Both the position numbers and the translations under genes were made by a program. Shown one piece after another: positions 54,181 to 62,929 of a DNA stretch of 64,000 nt. This DNA comes from an uncultured Anaerolineae bacterium (GTDB lineage Bacteria > Chloroflexota > Anaerolineae > JACIWP01). Where the stretch lies: contig CALIBQ010000035.1 of assembly GCA_938049385.1 (NCBI GenBank), positions 21,278-85,277 on the forward strand, in the 5' to 3' direction. Each line of letters begins with the position of its first letter. Position 1 is the first letter of the stretch. Below the pieces are notes generated by a model that worked only from the letters and a program-made list of their open reading frames with translations, was not told the DNA's origin and did not search any database.

Positions 54181-55491
54181 TTATGCGTACCGCACGCGAG
54201 GATTCAGGAACGAGTAGATGATATCCGCAATCAATTGGGTGCCGACCGCCAGCAGGATCAGGAACATGGAGGCGGCCTCAATGGCATAGACATCCTTATA
54301 CAGCGCGGCGTTGAGGATGAAGTTCCCCAGGCCGGGATATCCGAACACCGATTCGACCACTACCAGACCGCCGATGAGCCAGTTCACGTGGAGCATAATA
54401 ACCGTGATCGGCGCCAGCAGTGAGTTGCGGAGCACATGGCGTAGGACCACCTGAGTACGGGAAAGGCCTTTGAGGACGGCGGTGCGGACGTAGTTGCTCT
54501 GCACCACTTCCACCACGCTGGCGCGAGTGATGCGCAGGATGTACCCCATTTCCACCAGGCTGGCGGTCAGCACCGGCAGAACCAGCATCTTGGGGTTATC
54601 CAGGATGGCAGTTTGCGAAGCAAAAACTGTGGCACCCGGCAGGACCTTAAGCCATAGGCTGAAGATCATGATCAGGAAGATGCCCGTGGCGAAATCTGGC
54701 GAAGCAGTTGTTACCAGGCCGAAGAGGGAAAGGATGCGGTCTGCCGGCTTCCCCTCGTTCAGGCCGGCCAGCAGGCCCAATAAGAGACCCAGCGGGATGG
54801 ACACCAGGAAGGCCAGCGCCGCCAGAATGCCCGAGTTCTTCAGCCGGCTGGCGATCAGCTCGCTCACCGGGGCGCGATAGCGCAGGGAAACGCCGGCGTC
54901 CCCTCTCAGCAGTCCTTTGGTCAGGGGGATGTAATCTACCGGCGCGTTCTCGGACTTGCGCCAGCCGGAATATTCGTAGCGGTACTCGACGCCTCCCTGC
55001 CCCTTGATCCACAGCGCGGCGCGGTTGGCATTGTCCACCCCCCAGAAATACTGGATGCCGCTTTCATCCGTCCTCCATGCGCCCTCGTCCGGCACCCCAA
55101 CGGTAGACCCGTCCGGCTGGCGGATATACTTGTACAATTGGCCGTCCTGTATGCCCCAGCGCACCAGGCTCCCATCCTCATCCACGGCCCACCACTGGCG
55201 GAAGCGCTCGACGATGCCCTGCTGGATGACGATTTCCTTCAGCGGCCGGCCAATTTTGCGCTCTGCCTGCCAGTCGGAACCGAACAGCCAGGAGATATAG
55301 CGGGTCGCCACCGGCCGGTCCAGACCCAACTGGTTTTCCATGGACTTTTCCTGTTCCGGCGTGGCATAGGCACCCAGGATATTGCGGGCCACGTTGCCCG
55401 GCGCAATCTCGACCACTGCGAAGATAACGATCGAGACCACCAGCATGGTGATGACCATGGTGAACAGTCGGCGGATGATGTACCTTGCCAT
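54181..55491 (-). CDS. DppB/OppB-type ABC permease with a large extracytoplasmic insertion
   Basis: MARYIIRRL, PGNVARNILG, LGLDRP...RY..WL, GDAGVS, YVRTAVLKGLS...HVLRN, ESVFGYPGLG. Start at ATG 55491. Confidence 0.9.
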   Translation of the reverse strand: MARYIIRRLFTMVITMLVVSIVIFAVVEIAPGNVARNILGAYATPEQEKSMENQLGLDRPVATRYISWLFGSDWQAERKIGRPLKEIVIQQGIVERFRQWWAVDEDGSLVRWGIQDGQLYKYIRQPDGSTVGVPDEGAWRTDESGIQYFWGVDNANRAALWIKGQGGVEYRYEYSGWRKSENAPVDYIPLTKGLLRGDAGVSLRYRAPVSELIASRLKNSGILAALAFLVSIPLGLLLGLLAGLNEGKPADRILSLFGLVTTASPDFATGIFLIMIFSLWLKVLPGATVFASQTAILDNPKMLVLPVLTASLVEMGYILRITRASVVEVVQSNYVRTAVLKGLSRTQVVLRHVLRNSLLAPITVIMLHVNWLIGGLVVVESVFGYPGLGNFILNAALYKDVYAIEAASMFLILLAVGTQLIADIIYSFLNPRVRYA

Positions 55492-55553
55492 GCAAACCTT
55501 TCCTCTGTGTGGTTGGCGCAGACAGTAGTCGCCGGCGCCGACTCCCTCCCCTA

Positions 55554-55590
55554 CCGCTCCTGGCACCTATAGTATCAGTGCCAGGAGCGG
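55554..55590. other. Perfect 13-bp inverted repeat inside the operon (stabiliser or attenuator)
   Basis: CCGCTCCTGGCAC / GTGCCAGGAGCGG with an 11-nt loop. Confidence 0.55.
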
Positions 55591-55621
55591 CTGTGGAAAG
55601 GGGAAAGAGAAAGGAGGCGCT

Positions 55622-57079
55622 TCATTTGCGAGAAGTGCGGTTGATCCACTCCTGTTCGCGCTCCACAATCTTGTGGATGTCGCGCTGGATGTCCGCCGGC
55701 AGTGGCTCCGGCTTGTGGCTCTCCAGGATGCGGTCAATCTCCTGTGCGGCGCGCCCTTCCATGGTCGGCCGGCCCCTCGCCTCCCAGGAGGCGAAATCGC
55801 CCTTCTCCAGCAGTTTGCCGTAGAACGGCTCGCGGAAGTGGCGAAGGGTGTGCTCATGGTTCAGGTAGTTGCCCGTTGGGCCCAGCTCGTCAATCACATC
55901 CAGCGCCAGCGTCTCATCGTTCACCAGCACGCCGGCGGTAGCCGCCCGCAGGAAGCCCAGCCAGTCGTTCGCCATGACCATAATCTGCAGGGAACCCATC
56001 AGGCCAGAATCCATGAAGCCGACGTCATGCACAATGTTGGCGCCGTGAATGAGCGCCGTCATCAAGCTCAGCACCACCTCGCCGCCGGCCTGCTGGTCCA
56101 GCACCTTGGCATCGGTGGAGCCGCCCAGCCCGAACACCGGCAGGTTGTAGTACTTGCCCATGCTGGTGGGCACGCCCTGCTCGTCCGCCAGCACATAGTT
56201 GCCCACCATGGTCTTCAGGTTGTACGGGCCGCCGTTCCAGCCGGGCACCGCGATGGGCACGCCTTCCCGCACGAGCTGGGAGAGCACCACACCCAGGAGG
56301 ATGCCGGCGTTCATGGAGGCCATACAGCCGGCGGTGGTGGCCGGGGAGTTGACGCCGCCGGCGTTCAGCGGGATCCAGAGCTGGGGCAGTCCCTTCTCCG
56401 CCAGATACATGCACTTCTGCAGGGCTTCCTGGTTGATGATCATGCCCGAGGTGACGTTGATGTAGCAAGTGGCGAAGGGGCGCCGCTGGAAGCTCTCGGC
56501 ACCGCCGGCGACAATCTCGCACATCTCGACCGCCGCCTTCGTCCCCTCAAAGTCCGGCGTGACGAAGACGATGGGCTTGGTGGTGTTGTTCAGCATCACT
56601 TCCATCTGGTAGCGGTCGTAAATGCGCTGGTCCACATCCTCGGGCAGGAACATGGACATGACAAAGTCGATCTCGGGGAGCGCGTCCTGGACGATGGCGG
56701 CATCGCGCACATCGCTGAGGAGCGGCCGGCGGCGCTGGCCGGTGCGGTGGTCGAGGATGTTCAGGCAGTCCGAACCGCCGCCGAAGTACGAGTTGTACCC
56801 CCAGGCGCGGATGGCCACCTTGCCGTTGCGGTCGTACAGCGTCATGCGCTTGGGAGCGGTCTGCAGTGCCCAATTGACCAGATGCTCCGGCACGCGCACG
56901 CGGATGCCGTCCACCTTGGCGCCGGCCTTGGCCAAAATCTCGCGCGCCTTTTCATCGTGAACGTCAACGCCCGTCCGTTCCAGGATCTCCAGGGTCGCGA
57001 CGTGGATTTTCTCGCATTCTTGCTGGCCCATACGGGCATAATGGGCGCTCGTCATGCTCAAGCCGTGTGTTTCGATCAT
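55622..57079 (-). CDS. mttB: MttB-superfamily methyltransferase, non-pyrrolysine (copy 1)
   Basis: EKIHVATLEILERTGV, FGGGSDC, GLGGSTDAKVLDQQAGGE, GANIVHDVGFMDSG, GPTGNYL..EHTL..FR; no in-frame TAG. Confidence 0.9.
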   Translation of the reverse strand: MIETHGLSMTSAHYARMGQQECEKIHVATLEILERTGVDVHDEKAREILAKAGAKVDGIRVRVPEHLVNWALQTAPKRMTLYDRNGKVAIRAWGYNSYFGGGSDCLNILDHRTGQRRRPLLSDVRDAAIVQDALPEIDFVMSMFLPEDVDQRIYDRYQMEVMLNNTTKPIVFVTPDFEGTKAAVEMCEIVAGGAESFQRRPFATCYINVTSGMIINQEALQKCMYLAEKGLPQLWIPLNAGGVNSPATTAGCMASMNAGILLGVVLSQLVREGVPIAVPGWNGGPYNLKTMVGNYVLADEQGVPTSMGKYYNLPVFGLGGSTDAKVLDQQAGGEVVLSLMTALIHGANIVHDVGFMDSGLMGSLQIMVMANDWLGFLRAATAGVLVNDETLALDVIDELGPTGNYLNHEHTLRHFREPFYGKLLEKGDFASWEARGRPTMEGRAAQEIDRILESHKPEPLPADIQRDIHKIVEREQEWINRTSRK

Positions 57080-57165
57080 CTTACCTTCCTCACGCGAAGT
57101 AACTGGACCACAATCGGATAAGTTACATTTATATTATACACCATTCCGTCCGAGCACGGACAAAA

Positions 57166-57195
57166 TGGTAGGGGCGGGCCGGCCCGCCCCTACCA
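57166..57195. repeat. Perfect 30-bp palindrome of GTAG-REP type
   Basis: TGGTAGGGGCGGGCC|GGCCCGCCCCTACCA. Confidence 0.75.
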
Positions 57196-57213
57196 CGGCA
57201 GTGCGTACAGGGA

Positions 57214-58932
57214 TTACGCTTCCTTCCAGGTCTCGTAGTAGACGACGTACTCTTCCGGCGAAGGCGGCACATCGTGCACCTTCTTGCTGTGGATGGTCCA
57301 CACGTTCATGAAGAACGGGGTGCAGATGGAGCCGCGCTCCTTCTGGATGGTCTCCAGCTTGCACATGATCTCGCGGCGCTTTTCCAGGTCCAGCGTGCGC
57401 AGGGCTTCCTGGAGAAGCTGTTCGAACTCGGCATCCACCCAGCGGCTCTCGTTCCACGGCACGGGCTGGCCGTCGCGGCTGATGTACGCCAGCGGCAGGG
57501 TCATGATGGCCAGCGGCCGGTGCGCCCACCAGGTAATGCTCATGTTCCACTCGGTCCAGCCATCCCAGAATTGGGACGCCGGCATGGTGTTCAGGGTGAT
57601 GCGGAAGCCCGCCGGCGCGGCATCTTCCTTGAGCGCCTGCGCATAGGCCATGGACTCCGGCCAGTCGCTCACCACCGTCAGGGTCACATCCAGGCCGTCG
57701 GGATAGCCGGCTTCCGCCAGGAGCGCTTTAGCCTTCTCGGGGTCGTAGGGGAAGGGCTCCACCGGGCAGTACTCAGGATGCGCCGGCGCGACGTGGCTGT
57801 CGTTACCAATGGTGCCCTCGCCCATCAGCGCCAGCGCCAGGATTTTCTCGCGGTTGTGGCAGTGCTTGAGCGCCAAGCGCACGCGGTTGTCGGTCCAGGG
57901 CTCCTGATCGACGCGCACCCGCAGGACGCGTGTGGCCGAGGTCGGGGTCGAGATAATCACGAAGTTGGGGTCATCCTTGATGCCTTGCCAGACCGTCACC
58001 GGCGGTTCAATCACGGTATCCACCTCGCCGGTCTTGAGCGCGGAGAGGCCGGCAGTTGGGTCCTCGCCGAGCTGGACCATGATGATTTCATCCAAGTACG
58101 GCAGGGGCTTGCCGTCCACGCCGTTGCGCCAGTACCCCTCACGCCGCACCAGCCGGCAGCGCTCGCCCGGCACATACTCGGCCATGGTGAAGGCGCCAGT
58201 GCCGATGGGCTGGCGGGTGATATCGCCCTCGAACTCCTTGGGCACGATCAGGGCGCCGTAGTGATACATGTCGTAGGGCACGGTAATGGACGGACTCTTC
58301 AAATGGAGGACGACGGTGTAATCGTCCACCTTCTCCACGCCGGAGGCGTCCAGATAGCTCATCTGGCCGAGCAGGGACGAGCCGACGTTGACATCCAGCC
58401 ACTGGTTGAAGTTGAAGACGACATCGTCGGCGGTCAGTTCCTTGCCGTTGTTGAACTTGATGCCCTTGCGCAGGTTGAGCTTCCAGGTCAGCAAGTCATC
58501 GCTGGCTTCCCACGATTCGAGCAGGTACGGGTGGACAATGCCCTTGGCATCGATGTAGGTCAGGTACTCGAAGACGTGGCGCCAGGCGTGAGACTGGCTG
58601 ACTAGGGAGAAGCGGGCCGGATGGTCGACGCGCTCGACGCGGGTGGAGGCTTTCAGGGTGCCGCCGCGCACGGGCATTCCCGCCGGCGTGGGCGTTGCCG
58701 CCGGCGCGCTGGTGGCGGTCGGCGGGACCGGCGTCTCTGTCGCGGCCGGGGCACTCGTCGCCGGCGCCGGCGTGGCCGTTTCCTTCGGCGCACAGGCCGC
58801 CAGCGCCGCCGCGCTCACCGCCGACATGCCCAACAGCGTGGAAATGCGGATGAAGTCACGCCGAGAGATGCGGCCGTTGCGCAGTTGCTCCTGCGCCTCC
58901 TGGATGATGGGATGCAGTTTTTTCTCGCTCAT
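57214..58932 (-). CDS. Family 5 (DppA/OppA) ABC substrate-binding lipoprotein with twin-arginine signal
   Basis: ISRRDFIR Tat motif, LAAC lipobox, Ala/Thr/Pro tether, LRKGIKFNNG..LTADDV.F, PIGTGAF, DNRVRLAL, YDPEKAKALLAEAG. Confidence 0.93.
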   Translation of the reverse strand: MSEKKLHPIIQEAQEQLRNGRISRRDFIRISTLLGMSAVSAAALAACAPKETATPAPATSAPAATETPVPPTATSAPAATPTPAGMPVRGGTLKASTRVERVDHPARFSLVSQSHAWRHVFEYLTYIDAKGIVHPYLLESWEASDDLLTWKLNLRKGIKFNNGKELTADDVVFNFNQWLDVNVGSSLLGQMSYLDASGVEKVDDYTVVLHLKSPSITVPYDMYHYGALIVPKEFEGDITRQPIGTGAFTMAEYVPGERCRLVRREGYWRNGVDGKPLPYLDEIIMVQLGEDPTAGLSALKTGEVDTVIEPPVTVWQGIKDDPNFVIISTPTSATRVLRVRVDQEPWTDNRVRLALKHCHNREKILALALMGEGTIGNDSHVAPAHPEYCPVEPFPYDPEKAKALLAEAGYPDGLDVTLTVVSDWPESMAYAQALKEDAAPAGFRITLNTMPASQFWDGWTEWNMSITWWAHRPLAIMTLPLAYISRDGQPVPWNESRWVDAEFEQLLQEALRTLDLEKRREIMCKLETIQKERGSICTPFFMNVWTIHSKKVHDVPPSPEEYVVYYETWKEA

Positions 58933-59277
58933 CGGATCCTCCTTTCCTGAACGCGAGAAGATTTAGTGAAACCGGACGAGTGAGTCAACGAAGGATAAGC
59001 TACTGCAGAACACAGAGAGGGGAGCATGTGGATGGGAGCACAGACAGCGGGCTTGACCGGGTTCCGACTGCCGGCCAAACAGGAACACATGCTCGCGTGA
59101 CACGAACGGGAGCCGTTGTGTGGAATGGACTGCTGTTCATTTGGCATCAGCCGGCGGCAGTTTCGGTGCCCCATTGTCTCCTCGAATCAACCAGACCTCT
59201 TGGACCGGCCTGTCCGGGCATGCGTCCCCCGACGGGCATCCCCCAACATGGCGAATAGTGTATATTTCCGCACGCCC

Positions 59278-59320
59278 ATTTGATATATCAGATTATAGTT
59301 CAAATGTGATGATTTGTCAA
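59278..59320 (-). promoter_or_regulatory. Consensus sigma70 promoter of the mttB operon with an adjacent palindromic operator
   Basis: Minus strand TTGACA (59320-59315)-N17-TATAAT (59297-59292); palindrome TGATATATCA (59281-59290) over the predicted start site. Confidence 0.8.
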
Positions 59321-59356
59321 ATTGATATGTCCATCCTTGCTCCTAGACGTTAAGAG

Positions 59357-59384
59357 TTGCACTTTGCTCAGGTTATGTTATAAT
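59357..59384 (+). promoter_or_regulatory. Promoter for the GntR regulator
   Basis: TTGCAC-N16-TATAAT with TGn. Confidence 0.6.
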
Positions 59385-59413
59385 CGAGGAAAGTCAGCGG
59401 GAGAGGGAGTGCG

Positions 59414-60085
59414 ATGGTCACCGCAGAGCAAACCGCCACCACCATCAAATACAAGATTTACAAGGAAATTCGGCGCTCCATCATCATGCAGCACCTGCGC
59501 CCTGGCGAGCGCCTCTCTGTGGAAGACCTTGCCCGGCAGTACGGCACCAGCATCACCCCGGTGCGCGAGGCTCTGCAAATGCTGGATCAAGAGGGCTTGG
59601 TGACCATCAAGCCGCGCTCCGGTTATTTCGTCACCCGCCTGACGTTGAAACAACTGCGCGACCTGCTGGAACTGCGCGGCATCCTGGAGCTGGCCTCTGT
59701 GGAGCAGGCCGCTCAGCGCATCACCCCCGAACAGCTTGCCCGCTTGGAAAGGGTACATGCCGGCTATACCGGTGACGATGAGGAATCGTACGACCGCTAC
59801 ACAGATGAGAACCGCGAGTTTCACTATCTGATCGCCGAAGCCGCCGGCAACGAGGAACTGGCCAATCTTCTGCGCCATATCCACGAGCGTCTGGCCCGCT
59901 ACATGGTCATGCGGCGCGGCGGCCAATCCCAGCTTCATACCCACGCCCGGATTCTGGATGCACTGCGCCGGCATGACGTCTCTGCCGCCCGCCAAGCTAT
60001 GTGGGAGGAAATCACCGAGACGCGCGATGCCATTCTGGAGAGGGTAATCCGCGAGGAATCATCCGCTTGGCAGTTGCAGTCCTAA
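59414..60085 (+). CDS. GntR-family (FCD) transcriptional regulator
   Basis: LRPGERLSVEDLARQYGTSITPVREALQML..EGLV..KPRSGYFV; FCD ENREFHYLIAEAAGNEEL...H. Confidence 0.95.
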   Translation: MVTAEQTATTIKYKIYKEIRRSIIMQHLRPGERLSVEDLARQYGTSITPVREALQMLDQEGLVTIKPRSGYFVTRLTLKQLRDLLELRGILELASVEQAAQRITPEQLARLERVHAGYTGDDEESYDRYTDENREFHYLIAEAAGNEELANLLRHIHERLARYMVMRRGGQSQLHTHARILDALRRHDVSAARQAMWEEITETRDAILERVIREESSAWQLQS

Positions 60086-60098
60086 AGAGGAGCAAAAC

Positions 60099-60425
60099 AT
60101 GTACAGCCTTCGACGCGTCGCAGTAGGTTCCGCCTTCAAGGTCATGGCGGTATTGAGCGGGTTGATCTTCGCTGTGGTGGGATTTTTCGCCGTGTTTCTG
60201 CCGGGGATTTTCGGCTTCGGCATCTGGAGCCTGATGGCGGATCACCCCCGCCGGTTCCCGTTCGCGGCCGGCCTAGGCATATTTGGCTCCCTGTTGATCT
60301 ACTTCCTGGGGATCATCCTCTATGCCGTGATCGGTGGGGTCGTCGGCGTCATTTACGCCGCGGTATACAACCTGGTCGCCGGCATCACCGGCGGCCTGCG
60401 CGTGGAGCTGAAGGAGGAGGAATAG
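60099..60425 (+). CDS. Small two-TM membrane protein (DUF3566-like)
   Basis: LRRV.V.SAFK..A....I..., YN..AG..GGL.VEL; GAGGAG SD. Confidence 0.75.
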   Translation: MYSLRRVAVGSAFKVMAVLSGLIFAVVGFFAVFLPGIFGFGIWSLMADHPRRFPFAAGLGIFGSLLIYFLGIILYAVIGGVVGVIYAAVYNLVAGITGGLRVELKEEE

Positions 60426-60471
60426 CCGGCACTGCACGCGCCGGCCAGTCTTCCTTGCGCTTCCTGCTGGC

Positions 60472-61818
60472 TTATCCCAGATACTCCTTCAAATCCACCC
60501 ATTCATAGCTGACGCGGTCGGTATATTCGCGCCGGCCTTTGTGCAGTGTCGCATCCACACCGATCTTGGTATGCACCCCCCGCATATCCGCCGTGGGGTC
60601 CATCTCATGCCCCTGTGCGCCCGGCACCAGGAACACATCCTGCCCCCAATCCACGCGCGTGGTCAGTGCCCACATGACATCCGCCGGGTCATAGATGTTG
60701 ACATCCGGGTCTACCACGATGCACCATTTGATGTTCACGTGCGCCGTGAACGCCGCCAGCGCCACGTTCTTCGGCTCCCCTGGATTATCCTTGTCAATGG
60801 CCACAATGGCGGTGAAGCCGTTGCCGTACGGCGGGATGTGCAGGCCGGCCACCCGTTTGCTCACATGCTGGACATACGACAAAAGGAGCGGCTCGCGCGG
60901 CAGGACATTGCCCAGATAGACGTGCTCATCCCAGCCGGGGATGATGGTCTGGAAAATGGGGTTATCGCGCCAGCAGACAGCGGTGACGTAAAAGACCGGG
61001 CTTTCCCAAATATCGCCGAAGTAGCCGTGGAACTCCGCCAATGGGCCTTCGCCGGCGCGCTCGTTGGGCGCCAAATAGCCCTCGATGACGATCTCGGCCT
61101 CCGCCGGGATGTCCAGGTCCACCGTCACGCCGCGCGTTACCTTGACGCCCTCGCCGCGAATGGCGCCGGCGATGCGCAGTTCGTCGTCGTCATAGCGCGC
61201 GCCGGCGGCAATCATGATGGCCGGGTCCAGACCAATGGCGACAGCGACCTCCAGCCGTTCCCCGCGCGCCTCCTGCACGTCCAGGAACTGCCGCACATGC
61301 CGCCATTCGTTCAGGTTGAAGCCGAACACGCGCGGCCCCTTCACCTGCATGCGGTTGTAGGACAGGTTGCCGCGGCCGGTGATGGGATCCTTGGAAACTA
61401 CCACGCCGCCGGTGATAAATGGGCCGCCGTCGCCGCGCGCGTGCACCGGGATCGGCAGGGTGCGCACATCCACCTCGTCCCCCACGCGGACATTCGCTTT
61501 CCACGGCGCATCGTCCACCCGCACCGGCGGGATGCCGTTGATGGGGTCCAGCGCTCTCTGCATGACCTGCACCACCTCATGCTTTTTGCATCCGAGCGCT
61601 AGGGCGGCGCGGGTCTGGCTGGCGACGGCGGAGGTGAATATGGGCCAGGGACTGCCGACCACATTCTCGAACAGCGGCGCCGGCCCCGATTCCCGCATCA
61701 GCGTGGCGGCCACATCCGCCAGCTCATATTCCAATGAGACCGGCTTGCGGATGCGCACAAGCTGGCCGGCCTCCTCCAGCACCTCCAGGAACGACCGCAG
61801 GTCATGAATACGCGCCAT
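60472..61818 (-). CDS. UbiD-family (prFMN-dependent) decarboxylase
   Basis: DLRSFLEVLEEAGQLVRI, PAPLFENV, LPIPVH..GDGGPFIT, SYNRMQV, AEIVIEGYL, EGPLAEFHGY, IVVDPDVNI.DP.DVMWAL.TR, KIGVDAT. Confidence 0.92.
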   Translation of the reverse strand: MARIHDLRSFLEVLEEAGQLVRIRKPVSLEYELADVAATLMRESGPAPLFENVVGSPWPIFTSAVASQTRAALALGCKKHEVVQVMQRALDPINGIPPVRVDDAPWKANVRVGDEVDVRTLPIPVHARGDGGPFITGGVVVSKDPITGRGNLSYNRMQVKGPRVFGFNLNEWRHVRQFLDVQEARGERLEVAVAIGLDPAIMIAAGARYDDDELRIAGAIRGEGVKVTRGVTVDLDIPAEAEIVIEGYLAPNERAGEGPLAEFHGYFGDIWESPVFYVTAVCWRDNPIFQTIIPGWDEHVYLGNVLPREPLLLSYVQHVSKRVAGLHIPPYGNGFTAIVAIDKDNPGEPKNVALAAFTAHVNIKWCIVVDPDVNIYDPADVMWALTTRVDWGQDVFLVPGAQGHEMDPTADMRGVHTKIGVDATLHKGRREYTDRVSYEWVDLKEYLG

Positions 61819-61843
61819 CGTCGCTATCCCCTTTCTTTCGCCT

Positions 61844-62929
61844 TCAGCGGTATCTTGCCCATTCATTCACCAGCTCCAGCGCAAACCGATAGGTCTCCAG
61901 CCGGGTACCCGGCGGCAGGGAATGGTCGGAATGGAAGACATATCCGCCGCCAGCCATGGCGATCGGCACCTTTTCCAGTATCTCCCGCCGCAGGCCTTCC
62001 AAGTCATTGGCCTGGAACAGGCGCGCGTCGATATTCCCGATAAAGGCCAGCCGCTCACCGTACTCCTTCTTGAGCGGTCGGATGTCCATGCCGGCTTTCA
62101 CCTCTAGCGGATGCAAACAGTCCATGCCGGCCTCAATCAGCAGGGGGATGGCCTGCTGGACGTTCCCATCGCTGTGATAAATGACCTGACAGCCGTAGCG
62201 GTGACCCAAATCCGCCAGCCGGCGGTGAAACGGCATCAGCACATCCCGGTACACCTGCGGCGAGAAGAACAGCCCGTGATTGTAGGCGATATCACCGAAT
62301 ATCCACAGGCCATCGGGGCGCAGTCCGCGTCCCCACAAGTCCTCAAACGCATCCTCGACAAGCCGTACATCCGCCTCATACATATCACGCAGCCAGTCCG
62401 GGTCCGTCACCAACGCCGTGAGCTGTGCCTCGGGGCCGATCTTGTGCCAGGTGCACTCGAACGGGTCCAGCACTGAAAGGACGACATAGCGGTCCAGCCG
62501 GCGCAGATGCTGATAGCGCGCCTCCAGCGCCGGCCAATCTATGCGAGACGGGCGATATTCCAGCAGAGGCCGGTATTCCTCCCATGCCCTGCGGTCCTGG
62601 ATGAGGAAGCCCAGCAAACCCGGCGTCGCCTGGTGGTCGGTATACTCTTTCGTCAGTGTGCCCCATTCATCGGTGATCAAGCGGTAACCGGGGCCTTCTT
62701 CCTTGACCTCGGTGGGGAGCAGGAAGGACTGCGAGAACCAGAACATGCCCATATCCAGGCCGAAATAATCCTCGGCGGAAACATCCGCCGGCATGCCCTG
62801 TGTATGGAATTCCTGCTCCGTCTCCCACCAGAAGGATTCGAAGATGCCCACCCGGTCCGCCGGCTGGTGGTCTATCAGCAGTCGAATGCGTTCCTGTCCA
62901 GTCAATTTCCCCTCCAGAATCACTCCCAT
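61844..62929 (-). CDS. Uroporphyrinogen decarboxylase / MtaA-CmuA superfamily TIM-barrel protein
   Basis: ERI..LI.HQP.DRV, GDIAYNHGLFFSP..YR....P, YHSDGN, LIEAGMDCL.PLE, LAFIGNID, GGYVFHSDHSLPP; only one Cys. Confidence 0.85.
   Translation of the reverse strand: MGVILEGKLTGQERIRLLIDHQPADRVGIFESFWWETEQEFHTQGMPADVSAEDYFGLDMGMFWFSQSFLLPTEVKEEGPGYRLITDEWGTLTKEYTDHQATPGLLGFLIQDRRAWEEYRPLLEYRPSRIDWPALEARYQHLRRLDRYVVLSVLDPFECTWHKIGPEAQLTALVTDPDWLRDMYEADVRLVEDAFEDLWGRGLRPDGLWIFGDIAYNHGLFFSPQVYRDVLMPFHRRLADLGHRYGCQVIYHSDGNVQQAIPLLIEAGMDCLHPLEVKAGMDIRPLKKEYGERLAFIGNIDARLFQANDLEGLRREILEKVPIAMAGGGYVFHSDHSLPPGTRLETYRFALELVNEWARYR

Noticed and set aside
45640-57079. Pyrrolysine or selenocysteine recoding in the MttB, AOR or Sdh genes
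   Set aside because: All these ORFs are uninterrupted; no in-frame TAG or TGA needs read-through.
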